A DNA stretch of 64,000 nucleotides from Nemertoderma westbladi (lineage: Eukaryota > Animalia > Xenacoelomorpha), in NCBI GenBank assembly GCA_032718475.1, contig JAUCBJ010004529.1, forward strand, positions 1 through 64,000. Direction: 5' to 3'. The notes beneath the pieces were generated by a model that was given only the letters and a program-made list of their open reading frames with translations, was not told where the DNA came from and made no database searches. Both the position numbers and the translations under genes were made by a program. The stretch's first letter is position 1. Every line of letters starts with the position of its first letter. Below, one piece after another: positions 24,401 through 37,384 of this stretch.

Positions 24401-25864
24401 ATGTAATAACATAACCTATCAATATACTGCTAAGGTGCTAACTTATCTATAATTTGTGAAAAAACTACGTAGATACTACATAGAACTACATAAATATGTA
24501 TTTGCATAAGAAATTATTGCGATTGACTCAGAAAGGCAACTAATGAGCGTTTAAAAATAGACAAATTTTCTGATTGACGTACAGAGGTTGGTATTGAGTT
24601 CCAGATTTCTGGAGCTTTGATTTTGATTGATTGCCTGGCTAAACATAAACGCCTACGTGGTACGATACAGTTCAGGTCAGTTACAGCACGTGTTCGGTGA
24701 TTGTGTGTGTTTGATATCAAGGTTAGAAGTGTTGGGAAAATATCATTAGGCAATATGTTGTGCAAGTGTTTATAACAAAGTAGTCCGACTTGTTTAATGT
24801 AAGTTGATCGTATTGTAAGTGGATTGAAGTTGACGAAGCCCCTATGAATGATAATGTTTTTTGCCTTTTGTTGAAGATTATGCAACATTCTATAAGTTGT
24901 ATTTGGCTTAACATAGTATTTTTTTCGCTTTCTCTTGCGTCTATAGTGTTTGTTTGGGTGTTCTCTGTTATTTGTAAAGTCTGTGTATTTATATGATGTT
25001 GCTGCCCAAACTGCGGTGCAGTAATATAAGTAGGGGTTGATCATTGTGTTATAAAGAGTTGCTGCCACTTGTGGTGTAATGAAATGTTTTATTTTATTGA
25101 TAATGCCGATGTTTCGACTTATTTTATTGCGTAGGTATTCGTAATGTAATTATTCAATGTTAACATACTATACTGTACAGTAGAATCCACTCTAATCTAC
25201 TTTGCTAAGGTACTTATGCACTTTATCTGTACTATCCCTTACGGTATCGATTTATGAATACGGGTACAATAAAATAAGATGCACAATACAGTAGAAAGGA
25301 GCTAAACTGGAAATAACAAATATAGTTACCGTAGAAACATCACCTAAATGTTATAATTGCTGAAATTTGTAATCTTTAATAATTATGTTAACACTCAACG
25401 TGTAAGGTAAGGAAATAAATATCAGCCAAATTTGGATTCTTAACCTTGTCTAAAGTTACAGAAAGGCTACGCTAATAAAATAAACATAATTTAACTAACT
25501 TTGGTGCATATTTTGTAACTAATGGTATAATTAAAGGCGTTTGAAATCGAAACACTAAACTTGAATGCCGTCTCCATAGCAACAGGATCTAAACATCAGA
25601 CAAAAAAGATTGTCATTATTTCGTAAATGAACTATATTGACTTTGTAGAAGATTTCAATCCATTATGACATGCTGTTTTGCAGTTGCTATGCCTTAAATG
25701 AGAATTACGTGGTCCTTAGCAACTAGGTCGTTATTTCAAAATGCCCAAAGTCAAAAATTTTAAAATCGCCATTTCCTCAATAAGTGGGACCTATAGAACT
25801 CAAAACATCAAAAAAATTGAATCCGTCCAAAAATTTTCGGTATACCATTGTGGCTGCCGGACTA
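21443..25864 (-). mobile_element. Academ DNA transposon (XPG-like type), internally deleted and degraded
   Basis: TIRs tagtccggcagccac / gtggctgccggacta with a longer imperfect inverted match (ccgaaaatttttggacggatt / aatccgtccaaaaattttcgg). ORF fragments at 22097-23064: IGSLMVETGL..LSGK.FPQNMRA, HALSGCDMVASMFGIGKAK (H3TH-like) and YGW..PPTPECILQLIRCTC. No matching TSD seen. Confidence 0.82.
24510..25140 (-). mobile_element. L2/CR1-clade LINE 3' fragment nested in the Academ element
   Basis: LYNTMINPYLYYCTAVWAAT...HNHRTRA...IKIKAPEIWNSIPTSVRQSENLSIFKRSL resembles a LINE ORF2 C-terminus. Confidence 0.8.
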
Positions 25865-26544
25865 GTACTGTAAGTACTGTAAATAAACTATAATTTTAAA
25901 TATTTTACTAATTTTACCTGAATACCATTATCCGTATTTTTCTTACAATAGTACATACGCTTATTAGCGTACTTTGCCAGATACGTGTTCATTTTATTTT
26001 AATCTACTGTACGTGTACGTACATGTGCAAAATTAATATTATATTGTTATTCTGGCGATATTAATAACATAACATACAGCTAGTCATTATTCATTCAGAC
26101 ATACCGTATCTGTAGCATAGACGTATTCCAGACCACAGTACGTAGTATGTAATAAAGTAGAACGTAGTACATAAATACAAGGACTACAGTAGGCCTACTT
26201 AAGTAGTCTTTAATATTCTTTCTATAATTCATATTGTAACATTTGAGTAATTTCAAAAAATGTACACTTTACTTGACAACAAAAATTTACATGCAGTGTT
26301 TCTTAAGTAGTTGTTTCGTAATGTTACACATTTGGAATAAAACAACGTACCGTCAGACCGTACCTACTGTACTTGTTGCATTTGTCTTTATTAAGGTTTT
26401 CCGTCTCTGTATCCTTATTTTCATTTCACCCACCCACAACTTTCGTTCGTTTAAGTAAACTCGGATTAGTGCAGCTGCAGTATTATAGATAACCGAATAA
26501 ACTACAGGTACTGTACAGTATAACAGGCAGATTTTATGTTTTAT

Positions 26545-26815
26545 ACTAGTCAGCCCGGTGCGGCTTTGAAGAGCCGGTGGAAGATTTTTCACCCGGCGCA
26601 TCATTTTGCATTGCACAGAGCCGGCGCAGGATTTTTGCACCTGGCATGGGCGTTGGTTTGCACAGAGCCGGCGCAGGATTTTTTGCACCCGGCGTGGTTT
26701 TGCACAGAGCCGGCGCAGGATTTTTTGCACCCGGCGTGGTTTTGCTCAGAGCCGGCGCAGGATTTTTGGCACCCGGCGCCGCGTTCGGCGCAGAAAATAA
26801 AACTTTTCAATAGGG
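26545..26815. repeat. ~40-bp GC-rich tandem repeat (gcacagagccggcgcaggatttttgcacccggcg), possibly the subterminal array of a CACTA/EnSpm-like end
   Basis: Four to five copies are visible, ending in ttttcaataggg. The partner end was not found. Confidence 0.6.
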
Positions 26816-27486
26816 GCTGTATAGCCCTATACCAGTATAAATATTATAATATAATTAAATAATCTGGGAAATAAATATGTATTCTGGTATTAGGCCTACT
26901 GTATTTAGACGTAGCCAGTAGCTTTAGCGTATATCTGTACCTATATGAAATATTGACAAAAAGCGCGCCACGCGGATTCTGGTTAAATGAAAAGCGCGCC
27001 AGCCATGACATTCAATGTGCGCCAACCATTGAAAGATTGACCATTAAATTTTGCAATTATCAGATTATTGTAGGGTAATCATTTATCAGTTTATACTGCA
27101 GTACCTACGCTGCAGACATAGAGTTAGACCTGTAGACCCACTCCTACAGTATTTTAACATGAAAATGCGAGCTCAGCGAGCAGGAAAATTTTGCAGAAAA
27201 GTAAACATGAATCAGTGAATAGGCGCACAGTAAAGTAATACTGCAAAAATACAGATGTGATTAAATTGCTAGCGTAGCGAGCAAGAAAATTTTAAAATTT
27301 TTGGGTCAACCGACTATTTTTTACCTACAGATGTGATTATGAATTACATCGGAGTGTAGCGAGCACGGAAAATCTGCTGAATCGTGGTTTTAGGCTATAT
27401 TGGTGTGAACAATTGAAAAACCTTTCAAACAACTCATATTTTGAAAGACATTAAAACAGTAAAACTTTGACCTGATTGGCCATGAT

Positions 27487-28846
27487 GATTAACGTGGATT
27501 GGATACGGTACCTTCAATGCTCAGTTGGTGTAGGCGTAGGTGTAGATGTAGGTGTAGGCGTAGGTGGAGGCGTAGGTGTAGAGGTGTAGGCGTGGGTGTA
27601 GGCGTAGGCGTAGGTGTAGATGTAGGTGTAAGCGTAGGTGGAGGCGTAGGTGTAGAGGTGTAGGCGTGGGTGTAGGCGTAGGCATAGGCGTAGGTGTTGG
27701 TGTAGGCGTAAGTGTAGATGTAGGTGTAGGCGTAGGTAGAGGTGTAGGTGTATAGGTGTAGGTGTGGGTGTAGGCGTAGGCGTAGGTGGAGGCGTAGGTG
27801 GATGCGTAGGTGTAGGCGTAGGCGTAGGTGTAGGTGTTGGTGTATGTATAGGTGTCGGTGTAGGCGTGTAGGTGATTAACGTGGATTGGATACGGTACCT
27901 TCAATGCTCAGTTGGTGTAGGCGTAGGTGTAGATGTAGGTGTAGGCGTAGGTGGAGGCGTAGGTGTAGAGGTGTAGGCGTGGGTGTAGGCGTAGGCGTAG
28001 GTGTAGATGTAGGTGTAAGCGTAGGTGGAGGCGTAGGTGTAGAGGTGTAGGCGTGGGTGTAGGCGTAGGCATAGGCGTAGGTGTTGGTGTAGGCGTAAGT
28101 GTAGATGTAGGTGTAGGCGTAGGTAGAGGTGTAGGTGTATAGGTGTAGGTGTGGGTGTAGGCGTAGGCGTAGGTGGAGGCGTAGGTGGATGCGTAGGTGT
28201 AGGCGTAGGCGTAGGTGTAGGTGTTGGTGTATGTATAGGTGTCGGTGTAGGCGTAGGTGTAGCCGTAGGTGTAGGCGTAGGTGTTGGTGTATGTATAGGT
28301 GTCCGGTGTCGGTGTAGGCGTAGGTGTTGGTGTAGGCGTAGGCGTTGGCGTAGGCGTAGGCGTAGGTGTAGGTGTAGGCGTAGGAGTAGATGTAGGTGTA
28401 GGCGTAGGTGGAGGCGTAGGTGTATAGGTGTAGGCGTGGGTGTAGGCGTAGGCGTAGGTGTCGGTGTAGGCGAAGGTGTTGGTGTTGGTGTAGGCGTAGG
28501 TGTAGATGTAGGTGTAGGCGTAGGTGGAGGCGTATGTGTATAGTTGTAGGCATGGGTGCAGGCGTAGGCGTAGGCGTAGGTGGAGGCGTAGGCGTAGGTG
28601 TTGGTGTATGTATAGGTGTCGGTGTATGCGTAGGTGTTGGTGTAGGCGTAGGTGTAGATGTAGGTGTAGGCGTAGGTGGAGGCGTAGGTGTATAGGTGTA
28701 GGCGTGGGTGTAGGCGTAGGCGTAGGTGGAGGCGTAGGTATAGGTCTCGGTGTAGGCGTAGGTGTAGCCGTAGGTGTAGGTGTAGGTGTAGGTAGGCGTA
28801 GGTGTAGGTGTAGGTATATGTGTAGGTGTAGGTGTAGGCGTAGGTG
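27487..28846. repeat. Hexamer satellite (GTAGGY)n with a 387-bp higher-order duplication
   Basis: gtaggt/gtaggc array; the unique 40-bp leader gattaacgtggattggatacggtaccttcaatgctcagtt occurs at 27487 and 27874. Confidence 0.95.
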
Positions 28847-28856
28847 TCTCTCTACA

Positions 28857-28904
28857 GCCCTACCCAAGGCGATACCTAGTACTAGGTATCGCCTTGGCCC
28901 TACC
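28857..28904. mobile_element. 32-bp perfect palindrome flanked by an 8-bp direct repeat; putative P-element-superfamily excision footprint
   Basis: gccctacc | caaggcgatacctagt actaggtatcgccttg | gccctacc. Confidence 0.7.
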
Positions 28905-28989
28905 CAACAAGTACAGTCAGTAGTGAACATACCCTTAAATAAGCTCCACAAGATAAGGGAGCTTTTGAGCTTAATTGGATAGGAGCAAA

Positions 28990-30060
28990 AATGCACAACG
29001 AGCAACAATGACCACAATAAGCAACAACGACCAACAATGAGTAACAAAACAACGAGCAATAATGAGCAACAACGAGTAACATCGATCAACAATGAGCAAC
29101 AACGAGTAACATTGAGTAACAACGAGCAACAATGAGAAATAATGAGCAACAACGAGCAACACTGAGTAACAACGAGATACAATGAGCAACAATGCTCCAA
29201 TGAGCAATAATAAAGTACAACAACGAGCAACACTGAGCAACAACGAGATACAATGAGCAACAATGCTCCAATGAGCAATAATAAAGTACAACAACGAGCA
29301 ACTATGAGCAACAGAACGATCAACAATGAGCAACAACAAGAACTAACTAGCAAGAATGAGCAATAATGAGGAACAACGACTGAACAAACAATAATAAAAT
29401 ACAACAACGAGCAACAATGAGTAACAACCAGCAACAACGAGTAACATTGAGCAACAACAAGAAACAATGAGCAATAATAAAGTACAACAACGAGCAACAA
29501 CCAGAAACAACGAGCAATGTGGAACAACGACTGAACGAGCAATAATAAAATACAACAACGACAAACAATTAGCAGCAACGAGTAACAACGAGCAATAATA
29601 AAGTACAATGAGCAACAACAACCAACAACGAGAAACAATGAGCAACAACGAGCAACATTGAGTAATAATAAAGTAAACAACGAGCAACAATGAGCACCAA
29701 CAAGCAACAATGACCACCAACAACCAACAATGATTAACAACGAGCAACAATGATTAACAACGAGCAACATTGAGCAACAATGAGAAACAATGAGCAACAA
29801 TGAGCAATAATAAAGTACAACAACGAGCAACAACCATAAACAACGAGCAACAATGAGGAACAAGGACTGAACGAGCAATAATAAAATACAACAACGAGCA
29901 ACAATGAGCAACAACGAGTAACAACGAGCAATAATAAAGTACAATGAGCAACAACAAGCAACAACGAGAAACAATAAGCAACAACGAGCAACATTGAGTA
30001 ATAATAAAGTAAACAACGAGCAACAATGAGTACCAACAAGCACGAAGTATTTGAGCAACA
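28990..30060. repeat. Degenerate decamer satellite (AACAAYGAGC)n
   Basis: aacaacgagc/aacaatgagc units with recurring aataataaagtac variants. Confidence 0.93.
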
Positions 30061-30898
30061 AGTATTTGTCTGTCGTCGTCGTAAATTTTTTATCGCAAAT
30101 AGCTCGGTCATTCCTTGATGAAATTAAACTAAACTTGGTATGTATTTAGTCCGTTAAAAGATTAGAAATAATCTGAAGTTTGGTAAAAAACGAACAACGC
30201 AACGAGGCAAATTAAGGAGACGAGTATTGTGTTGACGACCTCTGACTAACGAAAGACAACACGTTAATGGGGCCCCTATATGCTAGGGCTATCTAAGGCA
30301 TTGCTCACTTCATGCTGCGCGAAGGCCCCACGAACGTGTCCCACTGCTACCTGAGCCAGTTGAGCTAAAACGTCATCCAGTCATCATCTTTAACCTTCAT
30401 AACGTCTATCAGCTGCCCGACCGAACCATCTTTGTGCCAATTGAAATATCGCGTTTGATGTGTTCGCATTCGCAAGCATTGTTGGTTTTTTCACGCCTTT
30501 CAAGTCCAACATTGTGCACAATCCATCTAAGTGGGGCGGGCGTAACGCGGAGCAGACGAGGAAATGCAGGAACATGCATTTCAATCATTGGTGACAGGCG
30601 AAAATTTTAGTAAACCATTGAAAATTAAACTGAATATAAAAAATGGGTTAAACGAACTGAATGACGCCTTTACAAACAAATGAATTCAACTTCCAACCGA
30701 AAGTATATACCGGTAATATAGTATTTATTTTTGGGCCAAACTGGGGTTGGAAGAATCTGAAATAATTAAACGAACGAAAGTATAACATTATTCCTGAACA
30801 AAAAATATGTTAATAAAAGAATTATATATTATTATATTGTCTCATATATTATATTATTATATCAATAATAACAGAATGAATGACATGTGTTCACTGAG

Positions 30899-33230
30899 TT
30901 AAACAAGCATTATTCGGCGATTCTTCACTGAGAATTTCTCAATCACCGAACTAACATCAACAACTTTTTCTGAATGGATTGCCATCAGTGCTAATCCGGT
31001 CAATCTATCTTCTCCCATAGTGTTCCTGAGGTACGTCTTAAGACGTTTCAGGGTGCTGAAGCTGCGCTCAGGTGATGAATTTGTGACAGGGAGGGTTGCG
31101 AGAATTTTTAAAAGGATGGCAATAGTAGGAAAATGATTCTCGTAAGCGAAGTCGAGTGCCCGGGTAAGTGAATGGAATCCCTTTGTCAAGAAAATCCATC
31201 GCTCGACTTCAGCTCTGAACAAATGTTCCAGGTCGAGATCTTCGATGTAGGGTTCGGCAGCGGAGAAAACTGTTGCTTGATCCGGTGATTCCTTCAGCAG
31301 TTCTTGTAAATGCAAGACTTTCCCGAGCGATTCTGGTCCGAACCTGGTGTTGAGTTCCGTGATCATGTGATCAGTGAATGGGATGTATACGGCTCGTCGG
31401 AAATATTCTTCCACATTTGCTGCATCCACATTGGCTCGATGGCATTGACGTCCAGCTTGGCGAGGAATTTCGATTGCAGGAGCACCAATCTCCTCCGCAA
31501 GATTAACAGCGCGATGGAAAACGGCCTTGAATTTAGTTTCTATGTTTTCACGGATGTCACAGAAAACTTGAATAATTCCATCCATCATTGAGTAAGCGGA
31601 AATGATGTCTGATGTCGACGACTGCAGTTGAATGCTTGGCTGTACTGTATGAGCCAAGAGAGATTCACAGGCAATGAGTCCAACGATGAATTTGTTTGAT
31701 CGGATACTGTTCACCAGCTGTATTGCCTTGGTGTCTGTTTCCGATGTTTCATCCAGGAAAGCAGCGACAGCCGGAAGCAACTCAGCGAACACAATCACGG
31801 CATCATGCCGCTCCACCCAGCGGGTTTCGCAAAGCTGGACTAGCTTGTGTCACGAAGTGGAGCTGCTCTCTTTCACCTTGTTTGTAAATTGCAAGCACCT
31901 CTTGTTGGATGAATAAATATAGTCGTAGACCTGAGATATGATGTCGAAAGCGATGTGAATGGAAGGAATTGAACACGCTTTTGTGACGACGAGATTGAGT
32001 TTGTGGTTGAAACAATGCACCACCTTAGCAAGGGGGGAATCGCGTTGAATAACAGCTGCACAGTGCACACCCATTGTACTGGCCCATCATGTTTGCTGCT
32101 CCATCGAAACCAAGCCCTCGACAGTTCCCCATCTTGAGTCCGATTCGCTCAACTGAAGAGATGAGAAGCTTGGCTAGTTCAAAACCCGATAACTTCTCAG
32201 CATGAACAAAGCAGACAAAATCCTCTCGGATCATACCCTCACTCACATGACGGATGGTGATGGATGCCTGTTCCATATGTGAGACGTCAGTTGTTTCATC
32301 CATCAGCACAGTGAATGGTCCCTCGACACTCTTCACAATGTCCTCCGTAATCAGGTCACCAATAATCTGAATCATCTCATTTTGTGTAGTCTTACTGATC
32401 ATAGTGGCATTACTCTTGCCACATTCGAGGAGAGTTCGGAGATCACTATCACTGCTATCAATCCGAAATCGAAGGAGGGATCGGAAGAGTCCCTCTCCTT
32501 TTGCAGAGCCAGAGGGAATGCTGAGATCGAGTTTTCCGCCATCCCGGTGTCCTCGCAGCGGAATGCAGTTTTTCCCACAAAACAACACCGTCTTGACAAT
32601 TGGTAATAGGAGGCGGCGATTGGCTTCTATCGTCTTCTGCCTGTTAGTAATTAGTAATGTGTCGACACTTATTAATGGGTTTTTCCGTGAAGATTTGAAT
32701 GCAACCATTTTCTCTACAGCAGCATTATGATAAGAATTCTCATTGTGATCTTGGAGCAAATTAGCACCCTTCTTGAATTTTGTCATTGGGTTGTTCACAA
32801 GAACACCAAGACGACAGGTTTGCCCCTTTCCCGCTGTGTCAGGAGCAAATAGTACACATGGCAAACAGTATCCTCCTTCGGTAATGTGTGAGTACCGTAA
32901 CCACTGGTATCTTTTCAGCCAGTGTGCTTGGAACTTGCGTTTTTGGGAGCCTTCTATTTTTTGTGGAAAGTTCACATGTTCCACCTCCTCATTCAACAAC
33001 TGTAGAATTTCCTCATCCTTCAACTTCTTGCCTCGAACCTCTGAAAGATCTAAGCGGTAGTTGTCGGGTCGTGCTTGTTGTTCAACCCTGCTCCCACTCG
33101 GTTTCGGACTTGAACGTTTCTCGTTTGGCCTGGCATCGACTTCCTTCTCGTCACCACCATCGTTGTTGGCTTTCATCTTCTTGGGGATTGGCGGGAGAAA
33201 ATATGATTTAATCGACCGCTTTTCGCTCAT
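30899..33230 (-). pseudogene. hAT transposase (PRKRIR/ZMYM1-like, Tip100 group) with two frame disruptions
   Basis: TTF-type zinc finger (RKFQAHWLKRYQWLRYS..YCLPCVLF), DUF4371-like LRGHRD and DETTDVSH, FDGAANM, HCFNHKLNL, ETRWVERH, and the dimerisation motif ERSFSTLKRLKTYLRNTM..RL.GLALM.IH. Split into three frames near 32070 and 31850. Confidence 0.92.
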
Positions 33231-34297
33231 GGCGGTGAGTGGAAACCAACACCCAAGAATATTTTAATATCAAAACTGTCACGCAGAACAGAGTCCAGCA
33301 GTACAACAATAGTATCTAAATCTATATATCTATAAATAAATATATTTATATATATATATATATAAATAAATATATTTATATATATATATATATAAATAAA
33401 TATATAAATATAAATAAATATAAAAAAAATATAAATAAATATAAATATAAAAATATATAAAAAAATATTTATATATAAATAAATCTATATATCTATATAA
33501 ATATCAGCTGTGACACCCGTACATTTAGAATAGAAAAATATTCCCCCATAGACGGCATTTATCTGTGGACGGTCTTCTTATAGCTAGCTTGCTGTCTTTC
33601 TAGTTTTAAATATTTTTTTAAATGTTATATTTCGAAAAAATTGTTTTTTTAAGAACCGTAACTATGAATTAATTAAGTACCTACAGTATTTGTTATTATT
33701 TGTTTTAGGTTGAAATTTAACATATTTCTTGAACCTCAATCATCTGCAGTGTAATTTTTCAACATGTGGCTATGTTTTCCTCCTAATGTAATTATTTGGA
33801 TTATATTGAAATTTGAATTTCACTTGTTTCAATTTCTGCACTAGGCCTACTATCTGTACTGTACAAATTAAGTAAGGAATGTGCGTTGCTAGGAAACTGG
33901 ATAAATAAGATTCTTAGATGATAGTAGATAGCTAAAGCTTTAGTGATTTTACATTTGCCGGTCGGTATCATCTGATACTGATATACAGTAGTCTGATGTT
34001 GTGGCTACTCCTTGTACATGTACATTCCAAATATAAATATTGCAACTACAAACGTCTTCGGCGGATGCACTATGGTACTTTATGCCATAGGCTATTCCGC
34101 TATTCCAGTATCAACATAAATTAGACGTTAGCCTACCGGTAAAAATAACATTACTAATACCGTAAATTCGCTTTAATGTACAGACAATCCGACAAAGTAG
34201 GCCTAAAGCCGAAACCGAAACAAGTTTTTAATCTGTTAATCGGTATGGTACAGGTACAGACAATCTGAATGTGGGCCTAGCCCTAGAGCCGAAATTG

Positions 34298-35371
34298 ACG
34301 AGGCGTTAAAGTCTATACAAATCAATCCAGGTTTCAGCCAATCACAAAGGAGATGACGTAGGGCCTATTACAAATGAATGTGGATTGATTTGTATAGACT
34401 TTAATGACCACCCATGTTCTGTTAGAATCTATACATTTCAATTATTAATTATTTTTATTTAAATACTGTTTTCCCACTACTATTTCCAATAATAGTACTA
34501 AAGTAAGTAAGATGGTCTTAGAACGGTCTTAAACTTCTGAAATTTCTGGTCTTAGATGGAAGATGGTCTAAGAAGATTCTGAAATCCCTAAACAGTTCTG
34601 GGAGGCTACCTCCGCCATGTCTACGTCTAAGGAGGTAGGGTACCCCCTGCCTCGTCTGAACAAACTGAATGCTTTATTGCACAACCCGAAAATTACGCAC
34701 AGCAATAAATTAATGGCTCACAATGCCATTGACAACATTATAAAATCCTTAACACATCGATTACCACTACTCACAAAGTCGCCTAATAATAAACGAATTA
34801 TCACCCAGTATACCGCCGAATTTCCTCAATCCGACGGCAATTGTACACAACGCGAAAAAAACAAATTAGAGAAAAGAAGAAATACCTAAGACCGACTAAC
34901 ATGGAACAAAATAGTATGTCTGCATATCTCAATCGATTGCAGCCGGTTGTAATTGGACCGGGCCGCGATCATGATTACGCATTAACTAACTGTATCTGAC
35001 TGTACATTTTATACTGTACGTATGATTAAATGTTCTGCGGCTTTCAGATAATGGTTTGCTACTGTATGATTAACCTGTTAATTTACTATAAGCATAACAT
35101 ATGTATCTATAATTATAATAATGTAGAACAAGTATGAGAGTGTCTAGCAAAGATTTTTCATATCCTTCATATCAGCTATAGCCTATACAGTTGACTTGAA
35201 CTTATAATTTAAATTATAAGTAAAAAAATTGAAATGTATAGATTCTAACAGAACGTGGGTGGTCATTAAAGCCCATACAAATCAATCCACATTCGGTTGT
35301 AATAGGCCTACGTCATCTCCTTTGTGATTGGCTGAACCCTGGATTGATTTGTATAGACTTTAACGCCTCGT
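34298..35371. mobile_element. Non-autonomous Mutator-like element (MULE) with ~145-bp TIRs
   Basis: 34298-34441 is the near reverse complement of 35228-35371; perfect 9-bp TSD ccgaaattg at 34289-34297 and 35372-35380. Confidence 0.88.
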
Positions 35372-35544
35372 CCGAAATTGCAACTTTAAGTTAAATTCAA
35401 ATTTCCCGCGGGAGCCCTTCAGCAATTAAATCTGTACTCCATGAACCCGCTTGTCGCTACAATCACTGTCCTACATCCTAGAAGTAATAGCTGTAACTCT
35501 AACATTGCATCACTATGGAGTTACTTAAATATAAGCTGCCAAAT

Positions 35545-35546
35545 TT

Positions 35547-35577
<31 letters not shown>

Positions 35578-35620
35578 CTTGAGCCCCCCAAGCCCCCCCC
35601 CCCCCTTGTATCCGCCACTG
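35545..35620 (-). mobile_element. hAT-type terminus (cagtggcggatac...), probably the 5' end of the transposase-bearing element
   Basis: The plus strand ends ...gtatccgccactg after G/C runs. The matching 3' TIR was not found near 30500. Confidence 0.55.
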
Positions 35621-37384
35621 GCAACCACTGCAATTAGCAATAGAGCAACATACAGACTGATAAACAGATAATTTAAAGATTTATGAAAGAAAGTGTAACA
35701 CCTACTGTACTGTAAGAAATAAGGAATATTTAATTTATTTAAGGTTAATATTTTTTTTTATAATAGGCCTAATACTGTAGTAGGCCTAGCAACCCGTACA
35801 GCACTTTAACTTATACTTGAATGTATCTGCACATGTTCTACCACCATAAACACCACTTTACGCAATTCAACTATTATAAAATCAAGCCATACTGATCGCA
35901 AGATGTAGAGTACCAAGTTCATTTGAATGGCAATGAACCAGTATATCACGAATTATTTTCCTCTCTTTTAGTCAAATAATGCAACACTAGCTATGCTACT
36001 GCTTTATTTGGCTAATTAAATAACTACACAAATTCAATAGGCTACACAAATTGCAAATAACTGTTCATATGATAGTTCACTAATCAGCTAATAGGCCTAT
36101 TTATTCGTGAGATTTCAATTTCTAAATAAAACTAATATACGAGCTCATATGAGCTCAATTGATTGATTGATTGATTGATTGCTTGGATTTATTTGTTTTT
36201 TTTTTGGTTAGGGTTAGTCGGTCAGGCACAAACCCTAATTAAAATTGTCATGTAACCCTACCCTAACAAACCCTGCAGTAAGTCATGAGGCTCTAATCTA
36301 AGAAATTTTGTGGAATTTTTGACCCCATTAATATGGTCAATCACATAGTTGTCGCATGAATAGTTGTCAGTAACAAATGTTGTGTTACGAAAACCATTTA
36401 AACACTGTGTAAAAATTGAATTTTAGATGAGGAAAAATTGTGTTGATTATAAACCGAATACCGCAACCAAAAACATGTTCACCAAGTCCTACCCTACTGT
36501 ACTTGTAGCGAATAGATTATTTTATGAATTACCAACGAAAAGTAGAAACAGTAGCAAACTTTATCCTTACTCTTACTTTATCAATGTTTGATATTATTAT
36601 ATTATATTTGGATTAATTTTTAATGGGATTTTGTTGAATACAGTAGCAACTACTGTATGTATTAATTAATTTAATATAATTATTAATGCTAATTCCAGGA
36701 GGCTTCCAGTTATTATCTAGCCCTGCGTGGTTGCCAGGCCTGTTGATTAGATGACACTACTGTATGTGGTTCTAATCTAATATTGTGTATTGTTTTGGTT
36801 AGAAAGGCATCTGTAACCTTCACACAGAATATGAGTTAGGCCCGTTTCCAGTTCACACGGTAAAGTCCAGTTACTTTCATTTTACTAGCTATCCATACAG
36901 CTCGGCCCTTATATTCCAAAACCGTGTATCTCAATTTTTGGCATTTTGAGAAAATGGCCAAAAACCATTCCGGTTTTTTATGGTTATTCATTTTAAATTC
37001 TTACTGGGATTAATTCGGGAAATTTCCATATTAATATTCTATATAGGGTAAACGCATGTGCCGAATCCACCTGAGGCAAAATTAAGGCATGAAAATAAAG
37101 GGAAATATGTTAAAAACACCATAGTACACCGATAGTACACCATAGCAGGTATTGGTCAATATACTTGCGCCGCAAACATGTAACTTTTTTTGGATCAAAA
37201 TCGGCTAACTCATTTTTTATTCTTCAAAACCAGCTATCTTTTATATTTTATTTTTTAACAAAACCGTTTATCTCTATGTTTGAATATAAACTTTTATTTT
37301 ATTAATTAATAATTACCATTAATATTGAAAACCATTAACTAATAAACTACAATTTGTGGTAAGGGAATAAAATAAAATGAACAG

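Noticed and set aside
27520-28846. Telomeric repeat
   Set aside because: The unit is GTAGGT/GTAGGC, not TTAGGG or TTAGG; it is heterogeneous and interstitial.
27908-30061. 717-aa ORF (Leu/Cys-rich then Pro/Thr-rich)
   Set aside because: It runs through two simple satellites that lack stops on that strand; no domain content.
33310-33505. AT-only stretch as a possible origin or regulatory element
   Set aside because: Ordinary (TA)n/A-rich low-complexity expansion.
35548-35578. Long poly-G/poly-C runs here and at ~3905-3982, 40840 and 44717 as functional G-quadruplexes
   Set aside because: Typical homopolymers in TE subterminal regions; run lengths are unreliable in assemblies.
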